Below are positions 26,000 to 40,100 of a stretch of 64,000 nucleotides of DNA, piece after piece. This stretch comes from Eledone cirrhosa (Eukaryota). Below the pieces are notes generated by a model. It did no database searches. It worked only from the letters and a program-made list of their open reading frames with translations, and was not told the DNA's origin. Numbering within the stretch: position 1 is the stretch's first letter; each line of letters starts with the position of its first letter. The stretch spans positions 186,001 to 250,000 of the forward strand of contig OZ024755.1 of NCBI GenBank assembly GCA_964016885.1, read 5' to 3'. The translations under genes and the position numbers were made by a program.

Positions 26000-27286
26000 G
26001 GAACTCCTGTATGCTGATGACCTCGCACTCATAGCTGAATCTATGGTAGAACTAGAGAATAAATTCCAAACCTGGAAGCAGGGACTAGAGAGAAAGGGCC
26101 TCAAAGTCAACATGACAAAGACTAAGGTCCTTATAAGTAGACGAGAAAACAGAACCCAGATCCCCTCAGGGAAATAGCCTTGCTCAGTATGTAGGAAAGG
26201 TGTAGGTAGGAACTCCATTCTTTGCCCCAAATGCAAACAATGGGTACACAAGAGATGTAGCGGGATCTCAGGAAGCTTAATTAAGAATGTAGGATTCACA
26301 TGCAGCAGCTGTGCTGAAACAGCAAGCAAACAGCCACAGGAAACAAGTACCACCAATCTCTGGGAGGGCCCTGTAGAAACAGTAGACAGCTTCTGCTACC
26401 TAGGTGACCGAATTAGCAACGGAGGTGGGTGCTCAGAAAGTACAATAACTAGGGTAAGAACGGGATGGAAGAAGTTTAGGGAACTACTACCACTGCTAGC
26501 TGCAAAAGGCTTCTCCCTCAGAATGAAAGGCAGACTGTATGATGCGTGTATCCGAACAGCGATGTTGCATGGTAGTGAGACCTGGGCGCTGAAGGTGGAA
26601 GACTTACGTAGATTAGAGAGAAACGAAGCCTGCATGCTCCGATGGATGTGTAACAGTAATATACGTGAACGACAAAGCATAAATGAATTGAGAGAGAGAC
26701 TGAGCATAAGAGGAATCAAATGCTGCGTGCAGGAGAGGCGGTTACGCTGGTATGGACATGTGATGCGTATGAAGGATGACAGCTGCATAAAAAGGTGCAG
26801 AGCACTAGAAGTTGATGGAAACCGCGGAGTGGGGAGACCCAAGATGACTTGGGATGAGGTGATAAAAGCCGACCTTACCCAACTACACCTCTCAAAGTCA
26901 ATGACACACGACCGTGACTTCTGGCGTCACGCAGTAATACAGGGTACCCGACCTCCCATGGGTACATGCTGAAGCATATAAACAATATGCCCCCCCCCCC
27001 CCCCCCACCGCAAGGTGGTCGTGGAGGTGCCACGGCAAAAAAGCACCCAGCCCACACTGTAAAGTGGACGTGTAGGCGCCACGAAAAAGCACCCAGCACT
27101 CACTGTAAATGAGGTTGGTGTTAGGAAGGGCATCCAGCTGTAGAAATCAAGCCAGATCAGTTCCTGTATGAGCAAGGCATGGTCAGCCGACCAGACACTG
27201 CCCACAACAGGACAACCCGTCTAACCCATGCTAGCGTGGAAGAACGGACGTAAAACGGTGATGATGATGATGATGATGATGATGAT
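26000..27286 (+). mobile_element. RTE subfamily A, 5'-truncated, one nonsense mutation
   Basis: Starts at ELLYADDL; TGG changed to TAG at 26175-26177; (GAT)n tail. Confidence 0.93.
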
Positions 27287-27346
27287 ACATATATATATAC
27301 ATATATATATATATACATACATATATATATACATACATATATATAC

Positions 27347-27379
<33 letters not shown>

Positions 27380-27468
27380 CATACATATATATACACATAT
27401 ATATATATATATATACATATATATATACATATATATATATACATATATATATATACATATATATATAC

Positions 27469-27551
<83 letters not shown>

Positions 27552-27604
27552 AACATATATATATATACATACATATATATATATACATACATATATATAT
27601 ATAC

Positions 27605-27635
<31 letters not shown>

Positions 27636-27698
27636 CATACATATATATACATATATATATACATATATATATATACATATATATATACATATATATAT

Positions 27699-28172
27699 AC
27701 CTTACACCTCTCCAAGACAATGTCACTGGACCGAGATCTTTGGCGGTACTCAGTAATAGAGAAGACCCGCCTTGCCTAAATACAAAGTAAACCTACTACA
27801 GTCAGTAGGCATCTCTAACAAAATACGCCCCCATCACACCACCCCCACCCCATCTACACCACCCCTTTTAATGTAAAGTTACATTGGTCCCACAACATCC
27901 AGGCCAAAACAAATGAGATCGTGTAGGTGCCACGACAAAAAAACACACAGTCCACGCTATAATGTGGCCGTGTAGGCAACACGGTAAAAACATCCCAGTC
28001 CCACACTGTAAATGTGGTTGGTGTTAGGAAGAGCATCCAGCTGTAGAAAACCCGCCAGACAGTCCTATGCGAGCAAGACAACCACTCTTGCCTCAAGTGG
28101 GAAAACTCCCGTCCAAACCCATGCAAGCATGGAACATGGACGTTAAACGATGATGATGATGATGATGATGAT
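27699..28172 (+). mobile_element. RTE subfamily B 3' fragment
   Basis: [25 protein letters not shown] plus 3' UTR and (GAT)n tail. Confidence 0.9.
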
Positions 28173-28323
28173 ACATACATATATATATATATACATATAT
28201 ATACATACATATATACATACATATATATATACATATATACATATATATATATACATATTAATATATACATATATATATACATATACATATATACATATAC
28301 ATATATATATATATACATATATA

Positions 28324-28935
28324 TGGTGGTGGCTGCCAACTCGTTTTCGAGTACGGCCACTACTTTATATCCATGTAGGAGAACCCCTACTGATGCGCTG
28401 AACGAGTGTGACTTTTTAGTCCAGCCAGCGACTTGAAAGCTCTGGTACAAACACTACACTTGTGACAATTATTGACACATAGTGCTGGGCCCATGGTACC
28501 ATGTGACGACAAATGCAGAGAGATCTCCAGATATAAAGCAATGCCTGTGCCGTGAAGCTTTTATAGTGAGCAAAGGCACTGCACAAAGCCAGTCCCACTC
28601 TCTTAACCAAGATGATATTTACCAAAAAGAAGAACAAGTCAACATCATTGGATACCATCAGGGTTGCAGGTGTTATATCAGAGTTTTCCTTCTCCTAGAA
28701 TTCTGCCTTGACAAAGGCTAAGGGGTCATCTCTCCCGGTGATTTTGGATGGCCATTGACTCTTAAGAGCTCCTTTGCCTTTTGACAGGTTTTGTTTTTAG
28801 TCCTGCAGGATGTCCAAAGTCACCCTCCTCACCAAGAAACCTTGGTGGGGTTGCCAGTTTAGTCGCCAACGACCCGACCATGGGACAGGTTGTACTGGAA
28901 TACATGTTACCAGTAGCACCAACTGGTGACCTGAC
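28324..28935 (-). mobile_element. Bipartite non-autonomous RTE/BovB-type element, copy 2 (complete 3' tail)
   Basis: Ends on the minus strand with CTCGAAAACGAG hairpin and (CCA)n; same 5' start as copy 1. Confidence 0.65.
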
Positions 28936-28986
28936 ATACATATATATATACATATATATACATATATATATACATATATATACATA

Positions 28987-29056
<70 letters not shown>

Positions 29057-29082
29057 TATATATATATACATACATACACATA

Positions 29083-29114
<32 letters not shown>

Positions 29115-29176
29115 CACATATATATATATATATACATACATATACATACACATATATATATACATACATATACATA

Positions 29177-29210
<34 letters not shown>

Positions 29211-29598
29211 CATACATATTCATACATATACATATATACATATTCATACATATACATATACATATATACATATACATATATATACATATATATATATATA
29301 TGAAAACAGGGAGAAAGAGACGATTATGAGGAAGAAAAATATATTTTTTTGTCCCTCTCTCTCTTTTTACTGGGTTAGAAAATGATTAAAACGAAATGTT
29401 TTACTTTGTGTGAAGTGTTAAGGTATTAGTTGATTTATTTATTATTTAGCAATGGCATTTATTTATCTATTTATATATTTAATTATTGTCTATTACCGGT
29501 TTCTGCATTTATATGCATTATCAAATGATAGTGAAATGTATTAGTGTGGTGTTGCACATGTTAAACAGAAGGTATATTATTATTATACATATATATAC

Positions 29599-29644
<46 letters not shown>

Positions 29645-31011
29645 ATATATACATGTATATTCCCTCTGATAGTTTGTAAAATTTTTACATAGATCTATAT
29701 GATATACATACCAATACACACATATATATCCTAGAAACGATCGTAAAATGATGAATTTTTTAATATAAGGAACTGTTTCTTTGTTTTTATTAATTTATAT
29801 ATATATACATATACATACATACATATACATATATAAACACATATACATATAAATATACATACATATACACATACACACACATACATACACACACACACAC
29901 ATACATACACACACACACACACATATATATATTAAAATAACAGATTTTAGTCTTCAAATTTATTATTATTACTATATATATATATATATATATACACACA
30001 CAAACATACACATGTATACATATGTATGTATAAAATTGTTCCAAGAAACTGTTTAGTTTAATTTAAATTTTACAGTTGCTTCTATGAAGTGATAGATATA
30101 ATATGGTGGCAGTGGTGGTGCTGGTAGATATAAGAAGCAAAGATTTTAGCTATTTAGGAGAAATATGAGAGACATACTGACGGATTTTTTAATAAATGTT
30201 TAAAGAAAATTCAAAAACACTTTACTTTTGATATACACAAACACACATGATATAGCTATCATTATATCTCTTTAAAAATGTAACTAAAAGATAACAGAAA
30301 ATTTGCCATATATATATATATATAGGTTGCTTTGAATTGACTAATATTTTCAACAACCAGGATATTTAGTGTCAGTTATAATTAAATGAAATCACTGTTT
30401 TCAAGCCTAACACAAACAATAGTAATGGTTTCTGATTTAAGCCCATTAAATCGACCCAAGTGCATTACTGGTACTTTATTTTATCGACCCTGTAAGGATG
30501 AAAAGCAAAGTTAACTTTGGTGGGATTTGTAATCAGAACGTAAAGGGCCGTAACTATGTCATAAAACAGGATATCGGATGCTCTACTGACACAATCAATC
30601 ACACACAAACAATAATAATAATTTCTTTATTTGCCACAAGGGCACAGATAATTAAAATAACTCAAGGACAAGATACAAACAGTGGTGGGGAGGATGAAAA
30701 TGATGATGATGATAGCAATATTGGGAATGTACTGGGTCTTGAGGAAGGAACTTGTAACATAAGCAAAGAAAGAAAATCTGAGGGACCCTTAGTCATACTC
30801 TCTCTCCTCCTGCTCCACTCTCAGTTGCACACATTATTATTATTATTATTATACAATTCGGTTATAACAATAAGTATGTGTATGTAGGGGATTCACGTGT
30901 GTGTTGATTCAATTTAAAAATTGTGTTCTAAGTTCAACGTCCTATACTCTATAAACTATCTATTTATCTATATACATACATGTAGACATCTAAATATGCA
31001 GCCTATCTATG

Positions 31012-31043
<32 letters not shown>

Positions 31044-31654
31044 ACATTTTAAACTATATTTCTAATGAAATATAGTACCTTTAAAAATTCTTACATAAAA
31101 TTATACAGAAAAGTTTTTTTATATATATATATAAATACTTTAAATGAAACAGTTATGTATCTAAGAACCAGTAGAAGATTCAAGTGGTTTGGTATCAAAA
31201 AGGTTAAAGCAAAAGAGTAGAATCTTAGAACACTAGTGATAGCTCCTTAGTAAAATATTCCTCAAGTGAAGAAATGAAAAGTTCTGCTCAAGATGGCACA
31301 GGTTGCACATTTTTCTCAAAATGTGTTTGTATAATGTATATATTTAGATTCCATTTGGACATACACAGAGGGGTCCTAAGACCTGAACACAGGCAAAATG
31401 TATATTTTCAATAAAAAACCATTCAACAATATTGTATTTAAAACAATCCACCAAAACTTATCCCAAACTTTATACATTTTAGTAGAAGTTTCACTAATGT
31501 GAAAACCCGTGGCTGAGTGGTTAGGGAATTGGATTTGCAATTGTGAGGTTGTGAGTTTGATTCCCGGACCGAGTGATGTGTTATGTCTTTGAGCAAGACA
31601 CTTTATTTCATGTTGCTTTTTCTGCCAGGAGGGATAATACATTATCATATACAC

Positions 31655-31935
31655 CAATGGTTTCCAATCTGGGGGCCATGAAACCCTGGGCTCCACCAAA
31701 GATAGTACTGGGGCTTAATGAGATAAATTCAAAATTTCACGTACTTTGTTATAAACATTATATATACACGCTATTGTCTATACATTCTTCTCTTTCTATA
31801 AACATAGTTCTCTATTGATTCTGGTTGTACAACAATCTAGGCGGGGAGTAACTATAGCAGCAGAGGGTTGGAGTGGTCCATGGAAAAATTCATTTCAGTA
31901 AAAGGGGTTCTTGGTAGTGAAAATGTTAGGAACCA
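31655..31935. mobile_element. hAT-like MITE relic
   Basis: Termini CAATGGTTTCCAA ... TTAGGAACCA; a similar element at 44398-44678 (CAGTGATTCC ... GGAACCACTG). Confidence 0.5.
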
Positions 31936-32232
31936 TATATATATAAAGTAGCGATATGTACTATGAAGTAATAGTCTAAATGCAGATGTATAAGAAAGAA
32001 ACTTTCATAGTAGCTAACATGTACTAATGTACTAAAGAATGTACTAAATTACTATAGTTACAGAATACCTATAAAACAACAGTGAACATAACATTGTGTG
32101 GTTTTTATATTATTATTATTATTATGATGCAATTATATATATATATATACATACATATATATATATATACATACATATATATATATATACATCCATATAT
32201 ATTATATGAACAGATGTACATACCACACACAA

Positions 32233-32314
<82 letters not shown>

Positions 32315-33302
32315 CCTCCTCCCCCCACACTCTCAAAAGCGTGAAACTAATAAACCTTTATTTGTCTGCCTCTCTGTTTTGTTCCCGTATAAATTTGCAC
32401 TATATATATAAACATGGGAAATAGACATTAACAGGTGTTGTTGAGGATGGTGACACATATATATACTTGCACACACACATACATTCATGCATTCATAGAT
32501 ACAATCATGTGGTCATTCACGCATACATGTACTCACGCTCATACATATATGCATGTACATATATATATGCATGCATATATACATGCATTCATTCATTCAG
32601 ACATACACCTATATGTACAATTATATACACATATACATACATAATACTTCCTTGAAGGATGTTTCTTGGGTATTTTAATGATAGGGGCCCTGTCATATCA
32701 TGATATGTAAGATGGAATGTCTTGCTGAAACGATGCCTGGTCCTGGAACCCATGGACTTATGACTGCTAGTCCAACACCACTCAGGCCTTCATCTAGCAT
32801 AGGTTGGACATTATGCTAGATTAACATATTATATTTTAATATTAACTAACAAATCATATTTCAAAACTAACATGTTATACTAAAATATTTACAAACACAT
32901 ATTTTAATATTAACTAACAAATAATGTTTTAATTATAAAATGTTGTACTAGAATATTAAGTAACTCAAATCATATTTTAATATTTTCTAACACATTATAT
33001 TAGAATACACACTAATATATATTTTAACATCAGAAGGCAGCATTTTACAGTAATAATAGTTTAGATGCAAAACAAAACATTTTCTTTTTTTATTTTGCTT
33101 AATATTCTTAAGAAAAAGAGCAACAAGTTGTCTGCAACACAAACTTTTTTTGTATCATTTCTTATCAGTATAATATTACAGCAGAATACAGCTTAAACAC
33201 ACACAACATATCCGATATGTATAATCTGTGTGCGTATATATATATACACATATATATATATACACACACGCATATAGGTGTGCATACATACACACACCTA
33301 CA

Positions 33303-33344
<42 letters not shown>

Positions 33345-34016
33345 TACACACACACCCATATATATGCATATGTGCACACACATATGAGTGTGCACATGCA
33401 CCTATATATAAGCATATGTGCACACACACACATATATATATATATAGTTAAGGCTTTGAAAAAAAAATACTTACTTGAAGTTACGAGTGATACCGATAAT
33501 GATAAAAATTTGCTATAAACCATGTTGAAGAGTAAAGAGTGAAGTAGGATATGATAGAAGATAGAAGATTAAAATTCCCAAAGGTTTTTGTGATACCTTG
33601 ATGCACATATGTAGAGAGGAATCATGAAGGTGTTATAGATAAATAGTGTGCAGTGTAATGGTGGTGGTGATGGCGGTAGTGGTTGGTGGTGGGGAGAGAA
33701 AGGTGTGTGTATGTGGGGGGTGGGTTGTCACAATGAAATAGATGAAGAGAAGGAGAAAGAGGTGTGGAGGGGAAGGAAGGCTTATTATTATTATTATTAT
33801 TATGTGAGGACCTCCAATAGTGGTTTATTATGACAACAGACACGCCTGAGATGGATGTAATGAGGAATCACCTTATGATGAGATATGAGAAGAAGAAGAA
33901 GTAGAAGAAATAATGCAGAAGATTCTGCAGGTACACGAAGATGCTTTTATAATTTATCCCTTATTGAACGTGCTGCGTGTGAGGCTAGTAATGAAATCCA
34001 TTTGTTAGCTGTAAAA

Positions 34017-34050
<34 letters not shown>

Positions 34051-34270
34051 GTATGTTTAGCTTGACTTGTCTTTTGGCTTAGGTGTTTTAAGGCTTCTTG
34101 ACCGCCTCCTCAGTTTGTATGGCCTTATAACCTATGTTTATTGCTCTGATCTCTTTTAGCCCATGGACCGCTTGCCAGCATGACTCGGAATTTGCGTTAT
34201 GTTTTGCTTTTTCTACTCGCCGAAATGCGATTCTCGGTGAATTTATATTTATATATACATATATATATAT

Positions 34271-34325
<55 letters not shown>

Positions 34326-35157
34326 GATAAGCCACTAAATGTCGAAACTTTGAAGTAACCAGTCACCGTAAATAACAATTATTATATTGTGTATATGAAT
34401 CCTTAATTCGGTGCAGGTTTTAGTATGTTTATCACACAAACCGTTAAAGCAAGCATATATATATATATATATATAGGATGATGCTGGTGACAAATACAAG
34501 CGAAAGAACAAAAAAAAAAAAAGGTTGTAAAGAGAAAGATAGAGAGACTGAGGAAGAAGCTGTTGGCATATGCAGTGGTATTAGAAGAGATTGTAAACAA
34601 AACAGATCAACAAAGAATAGAGGAGAGAAGAAGAGGTTTGCTGAAATGAGGAGAAAAATACTACTGGTTAACTACATACAGGTTGGTGAGAGCAATGTGA
34701 GTGAAAGAGTGAGTAATAGAAGGGAGAGTGAGTAATAGAAGGGAGAGAGAGTGCTTGTGCACAGCCTGCTTTACTGAGACTCTCTATCTATCACTCTGCT
34801 TGTCCATCTCCTCCTCCTCTCCCACATAATTCAGCCCAGCTGAAGAACAACTAACTCATAATAAACACAAGGATGGGATCTCTTCCATTTAAAAGTTTGT
34901 GGCCCTGTTTTACAACAGCCTGGTGGTGTAGACGGCAGTGGTGGTGGTGCTGGTGTTGTTGTTGGTGGGGGTATAGGTGACAGTGGTTGTGGCAGTGTTG
35001 AGGGATGGTGTTGGTGGTGGTGTAGGTGGCAGTGGTGGTGGTGGCAGTGTTGGTGGTGTTAAGGCTACACAACTAGAAAACTAGCAAGATTCAATATAGA
35101 ATACTACAAAATGTGTACATCATGTATTTTCTGTTCAGTGTCTCTCTCTCTCTCTGC

Positions 35158-35375
35158 AAAGTGATCGTGGAGGTGCCACGGAAAAAAAGCACCCAGCACT
35201 CACTGTAAATGAGGTTGACGTTAGGAAGGGTATCCAGCTGTAGAAATCAAGCCAGAATCAGTTCCCGTATGAGCAAGACAAGGTCAGCCGACCAGACACT
35301 GCTTACAACAGGACAATCCGCCTAACCCATGCTAGCGTGGAAGAACGGACGTAAAACGGTGATGATGATGATGAT
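35158..35375 (+). mobile_element. RTE subfamily A-like 3' UTR fragment
   Basis: Matches the subfamily A 3' UTR and (GAT)n tail. Confidence 0.8.
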
Positions 35376-35393
35376 ATATATATATATATATAT

Positions 35394-37146
35394 ATCATCA
35401 TTATCATTATCATTTTACGTCCGCTTTTCCCTGCTTGCAAGGGTGGGACGGGTCTTATTCAGCACAGCATCTCGCCACTTGTCACGGTCCTTTGTCATCT
35501 CCACCGTGAGCTTCAGCGATCTGAGGTCTGTTCTCACCACCTCCACCCATGTTTTTCGTGGTCTACCTCTACCACGTCTTCCAAAGGCTTTGGCGAAGTC
35601 GAGAAAGATAATATCGGCTGCATCTCCATCGTCCACTATCCTCGATGTGATAGATCTCAAAGAAAAGGTGGGGGAGTTATCGTTTATGCAAGATCATCGC
35701 TCAAACCATCCCGTCAGCCTCTACCACCGAACACCGTACTTTCGGAGAACTTTGATGCTTTTCTTTGCAGTCTTAATGTGGGTGGAGAAACTATTCCTGT
35801 TCTTTCCATCTATCGCAGTCCTAGTTCTACAACAGATGAAGATCAGAGTCTCATTAATGCAATGAAAGCTGTCTCAAGATGTCCAAATGACTGTCTTATA
35901 CTCGGGGATTTTAATGCCCCGACTATAGACTGGAACTCAAATGTGTGCATGTCCAACAATAACTTCGACCAACTATTGCTCGATACAAGGGAAGAATGTT
36001 TCATCTGCCAGCATGTTACAAAACCGACAAGGGCTCGAAGTGGTCAACAACCGTCGTTACTAGACCTTATCTTCTCCTGTTATCCTAGATCCATATCGTC
36101 TCCACTTGGGAAAAGCGATCATACAGTAATGAGCTTTAGCATGCATACTTTGCTTGCACCGCCTCCCGTTTCGAATCAGCCGAGAAGAATATTTGCTGCT
36201 TTGAATCATGATCTTATCAAAATGGCCTCCGACGAGATAAATTGGGGCAGCCTAACTGAAAATCAGTCTGTTGAAACTTTGTGGCGAGAAATAAAGAAAA
36301 TTCTACTTGGGCTAACAGAAATGGCGGTGCCGCTGAGAACGCCAAAATGCAAGAAACACAAACCCTAGATAGCAAAGACAATTATCCACCAACGGAAGTC
36401 AAGAAATGCTGCTTGGGGCACTATCAAGAGACCATGTCTGCGGTGGCATTTGAAAGCAACGAAATCATGTTGAGCATATTTCCAGAATTGGAAGGCAAAA
36501 TTTTGAAAGGGAACTTGCAAATGATGCCGGTCGTAATCCAAAGCACTTTTATGCTCACGTGCAGAGAAATCAAAAACTGAATAACCAAATTGTCACTTTC
36601 CGAAACCCCGAAGATGCAGTTATTGAACACGCTGACCAACAATCTTCTCTTTTTGCCGATGTTTTCGCAAATATCTTCAAAGAGGACGATGGTAGAGAAC
36701 CTCCAAATCTAAACATGATCGCCCCACCCATGCAGCCAACCACCGTCAGAGGTGGAAAAGTTGCTTTTGTCCTTAAATGTGAATAAGGGGCATGGTCCAG
36801 ACGGTCGACATCCAGCGATTTTGGGTGCAGTTGCACCCAACCTTGCTAAACCTCTAGCCACACTATTCAACCTATCATTGGCGACCGGAGCTGTTCCTGA
36901 CGACTGGAAAGTAGCTACAATTTGCTCTATCTTTAAAAAAGGCGACAAAGAAGACCCGGGGAACTACAGACCCGTGAGCCTCACCTCAATTGTCTGTAAG
37001 GCCTTGGAATCTCTAATCAAGCGGGCAATTATGGCTCATCTTGCGTCTTTCGCTGCCATCTCTCCATCCCAACACGGTTTCATCCTGAAACGTTCCTGTC
37101 TCACAAACCTACTCGTGATGGAAGAATGGGCGACGAGGATAGTGGA
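35394..37146 (-). mobile_element. Chimeric non-LTR insertion: RTE-type 3' end joined to a CR1/L2-group EN-RT, with 5' inversion
   Basis: Minus 35415-35645 reads SRIVDDGDAADIIFLDFAKAF|GRRGRGRPRKTW...EKRT* then a (TGA)n tail; plus ~35655-37146 reads IYRSPS, GDFNAP, LLDL, SDH (APE endonuclease) and GPDG, NYRPVSLTS, QHGF...SCLTNLL (RT). Confidence 0.8.
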
Positions 37147-40100
37147 TATACGTAGAAAAATATTATAACTTTATGAATATACTTCATACTTATGAGAATT
37201 TCAAAACATAATGTATTGATAAACTGCCATGGCTTATAAAAGGGGTTTGGATCTTTGCCTATTTCTTTAACATAAAACAAGGATCAGGGGTGGTGGTTTA
37301 TATTCAAGTATATACAGCATGTAGTTGAAATTTCAAATTTTGTACAGGGACACATCTGTAAAAGAGATGTTATGTGAAATGTGTTCATCTTAGCTTCAGA
37401 CAGAAAAACAACTAAGAATATTGTATAGCCTGAAGCAATAAACATTGGAAAAAGTTACTGATTAGAAAAATAACTCATTTACAGTAATTATGTAAACTTG
37501 CAGAGTATTTAGAAACAAAATCCTGTTTCCAAAGTAAATAAAATAAAAAAAAAAAATAAAAAAAAAAAAATTGAATTTTATTTCAGGTTTTATTTAGTTG
37601 TGTTTTTATAAATCTAAATTTAAACCATTTTCTGGATATTTTGGAAGTGACAATTCTGAGTAAATCAACATTCCCAGATCAACTAGAGGTTGTTAGTATC
37701 TTCTAAAACCAATTCTTCCAAACTATAGTGAAATCATGTGATTGTATTTATTTTAACTATTAATAAACCAAGGTGAGGTCAGGTACAGCTGGTAGTAGAT
37801 GTGTGTGTGTGTGTATGTGTATATATCATCATCATCATCATTTTACGTCCGCTTTTCCCTGCTTGCATATATATATATGTCTCCAACAGATGTTTATAAA
37901 GAGAGCCTGTATATTCTAGAAATATTTACAAGGAACTCTAGATTATTTTGCTATTTTGTTAAGGATGCAATAACTGGCTAGATCATAGGTTTAAAGTTGA
38001 TCAGCCATATCTATAACAGTTCCCCTTTATTAATAAAAAGAATATTGGTTGATGGTAAATAATGATTATATGCAGAGAAGTGATTGTATTCTCTATTGGT
38101 TGTTTACATTAAGAAAATGAAGAATTGATTGTTTCATAAGCTGTTATGTCTCATTGATGCTCTTGTTACCATATTTCAGATAAAGTACAATGACTTGGGT
38201 TTTCTATTTATTATGAAAATAAGAATTTTAAAAGATTAAGATGGTATTTGGAGCATAACTTAATCATAAAATTATGATGGAAGGTTTTTAGATAAATATA
38301 AACACTTCAAAATAAACAGTTTTGTATCCTAGAACCTGGAGTGGTTTCAGGTGGGTTGGTAACAAAACAGTTAAATCAAAGTAGTTTTAAACAGACAAGA
38401 AGAAAATCACAGAAATTCTATAGCTTGGTGGAAATGATATCTTTTTTCTTGTTCCAGGATGACATTATTTGTTCAAGAATTGAAAAATATTTCTACAGCA
38501 GAATATGCAAACTTTCAATTATTATATGAATATATTTGTATTATTTTTATAATAATATTCCACCCACACCATTCATCATGAATTCTTTCAAAATGAACAG
38601 CAACAATATCATCATATTATTATTATTAATATTCAAAATAAAACCTTGAAAGATTGCATTCCATATTATATTTAGGCTAGAATAGTAAAACCAAGAAAGA
38701 AAGAAAAAGAACGATATGAATTAATTAATTTTCTATTATAATTAGCCCTTTTGATACGGAACTGCCTGAAATTGCCCCTGGTTCTGTAATACAAAACTGC
38801 TTCCTTTAAAGTATTTTTAATTATCTAAAAACCTTCCATCCATAATATTATGTAAGAAAAACCTTTGTTAAGTTATGCTCCAAACACCAGCTTAATAATG
38901 AGAAACATATTTTACTTAATCTTTCCAAATTCTTCATTATTTTCAGAATCCAAGGGAAAATTTATTTAAATGAACAGGGACCTTGGTAGTGGAAAAGTGT
39001 GAGGTGGGGAACCACTGCTATAGGTGAACACTTGAAAGGATTTCTATCCAATCTCTGATTTATAAAGAAATGGGATGGTCATGGATTTGATCATAGGTCA
39101 GATTGAGTAGGGTTGATGTAAGAAGGCTTGTTACCAAGAATGAGATGGGGGGGGGGGGGGGGGGGTTTAACTAAATGACAGTGCGCCTCACCCTACTTTT
39201 CAATGCTGTGCCCTGAAATTTAGAAAACAGTTTATAAAAAAATGTTCTGAAATACGTTTCTTGTGAATTAGAACGACCAATCAGCTCTGATGCTCCACCG
39301 AGCACCAATCTGGCAAAAGGGGTCTGGCTGTGAGACCAACTGACATCTTTCAGTTATTAAATGCTTAACTCTTTTATTACACTACCCCTGGTTCTATGAT
39401 ACAAACTTGTTTGTTTTTAAGTGTTTATATTAACTTAAAAACCTTCCATCATAATTTTATGTAAGAATATTTGTTAATTTATGTTCCAAATCACCTGATT
39501 AATAATGAGAAGGTTTATATTAATTTAATTATACAATTTTCTCATTATAAAGTCGGTTTTTAAAACATACCTTCAAAGATCCTTATATAAAATTATGATT
39601 CATTTCAAATATGAACTTTTTAAATGGACATCTTTGTACCTTCACAGAACGACCAGAGACATTCTGAGACAGGTCGGTATCAAAAGAGTCAATATTGTCA
39701 AGAATATGGTTTCTTATTTTTCTAACATTCAGAAATTTTGTGATTGAAATAATTACAAGTTGTTATGGCAGCAGGAAGCCACTCAATAATAAATACTTCT
39801 ATTATTTACAGCAACTATATGAATGATAATAATAATAATTTACTGTTCACTGGAAAGAAAAGAGAGCCAGAGGAGAGAAGCAGGGAAGTGGGGAAGTGTT
39901 TGGAGGAAGAGACGGAAACAATCAAGAAACAGTAAGAAATGAAACATGAAGAATTGCCGTAAGAGGAATTAGGAGAGAGAAGGGGAATGGAGGGATTAAA
40001 TCATAGATGAATTAGGTAATTTGGATTAACACCCTTCCCTCACCCCACAAGAAGATATTAAGGATAGCTAGAGTCTAGAGTGAGGCAGAAGCAGCAGCTG

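Noticed and set aside
27015-27075. Pistol ribozyme resemblance (CGTGG..CCACG plus A-rich linker)
   Set aside because: Lacks pistol P2 and the conserved catalytic junction; kept only as a pseudoknot.
33475-34008. Possible minus-strand exon (TTTTACAG acceptor, GTAAGT donor, ATG at 33523 giving MVYSKFLSLSVSLVTS)
   Set aside because: No recognisable protein, low-complexity content, and a phase 1 end that does not match the phase 0 KIF13 junction; needs RNA-seq.
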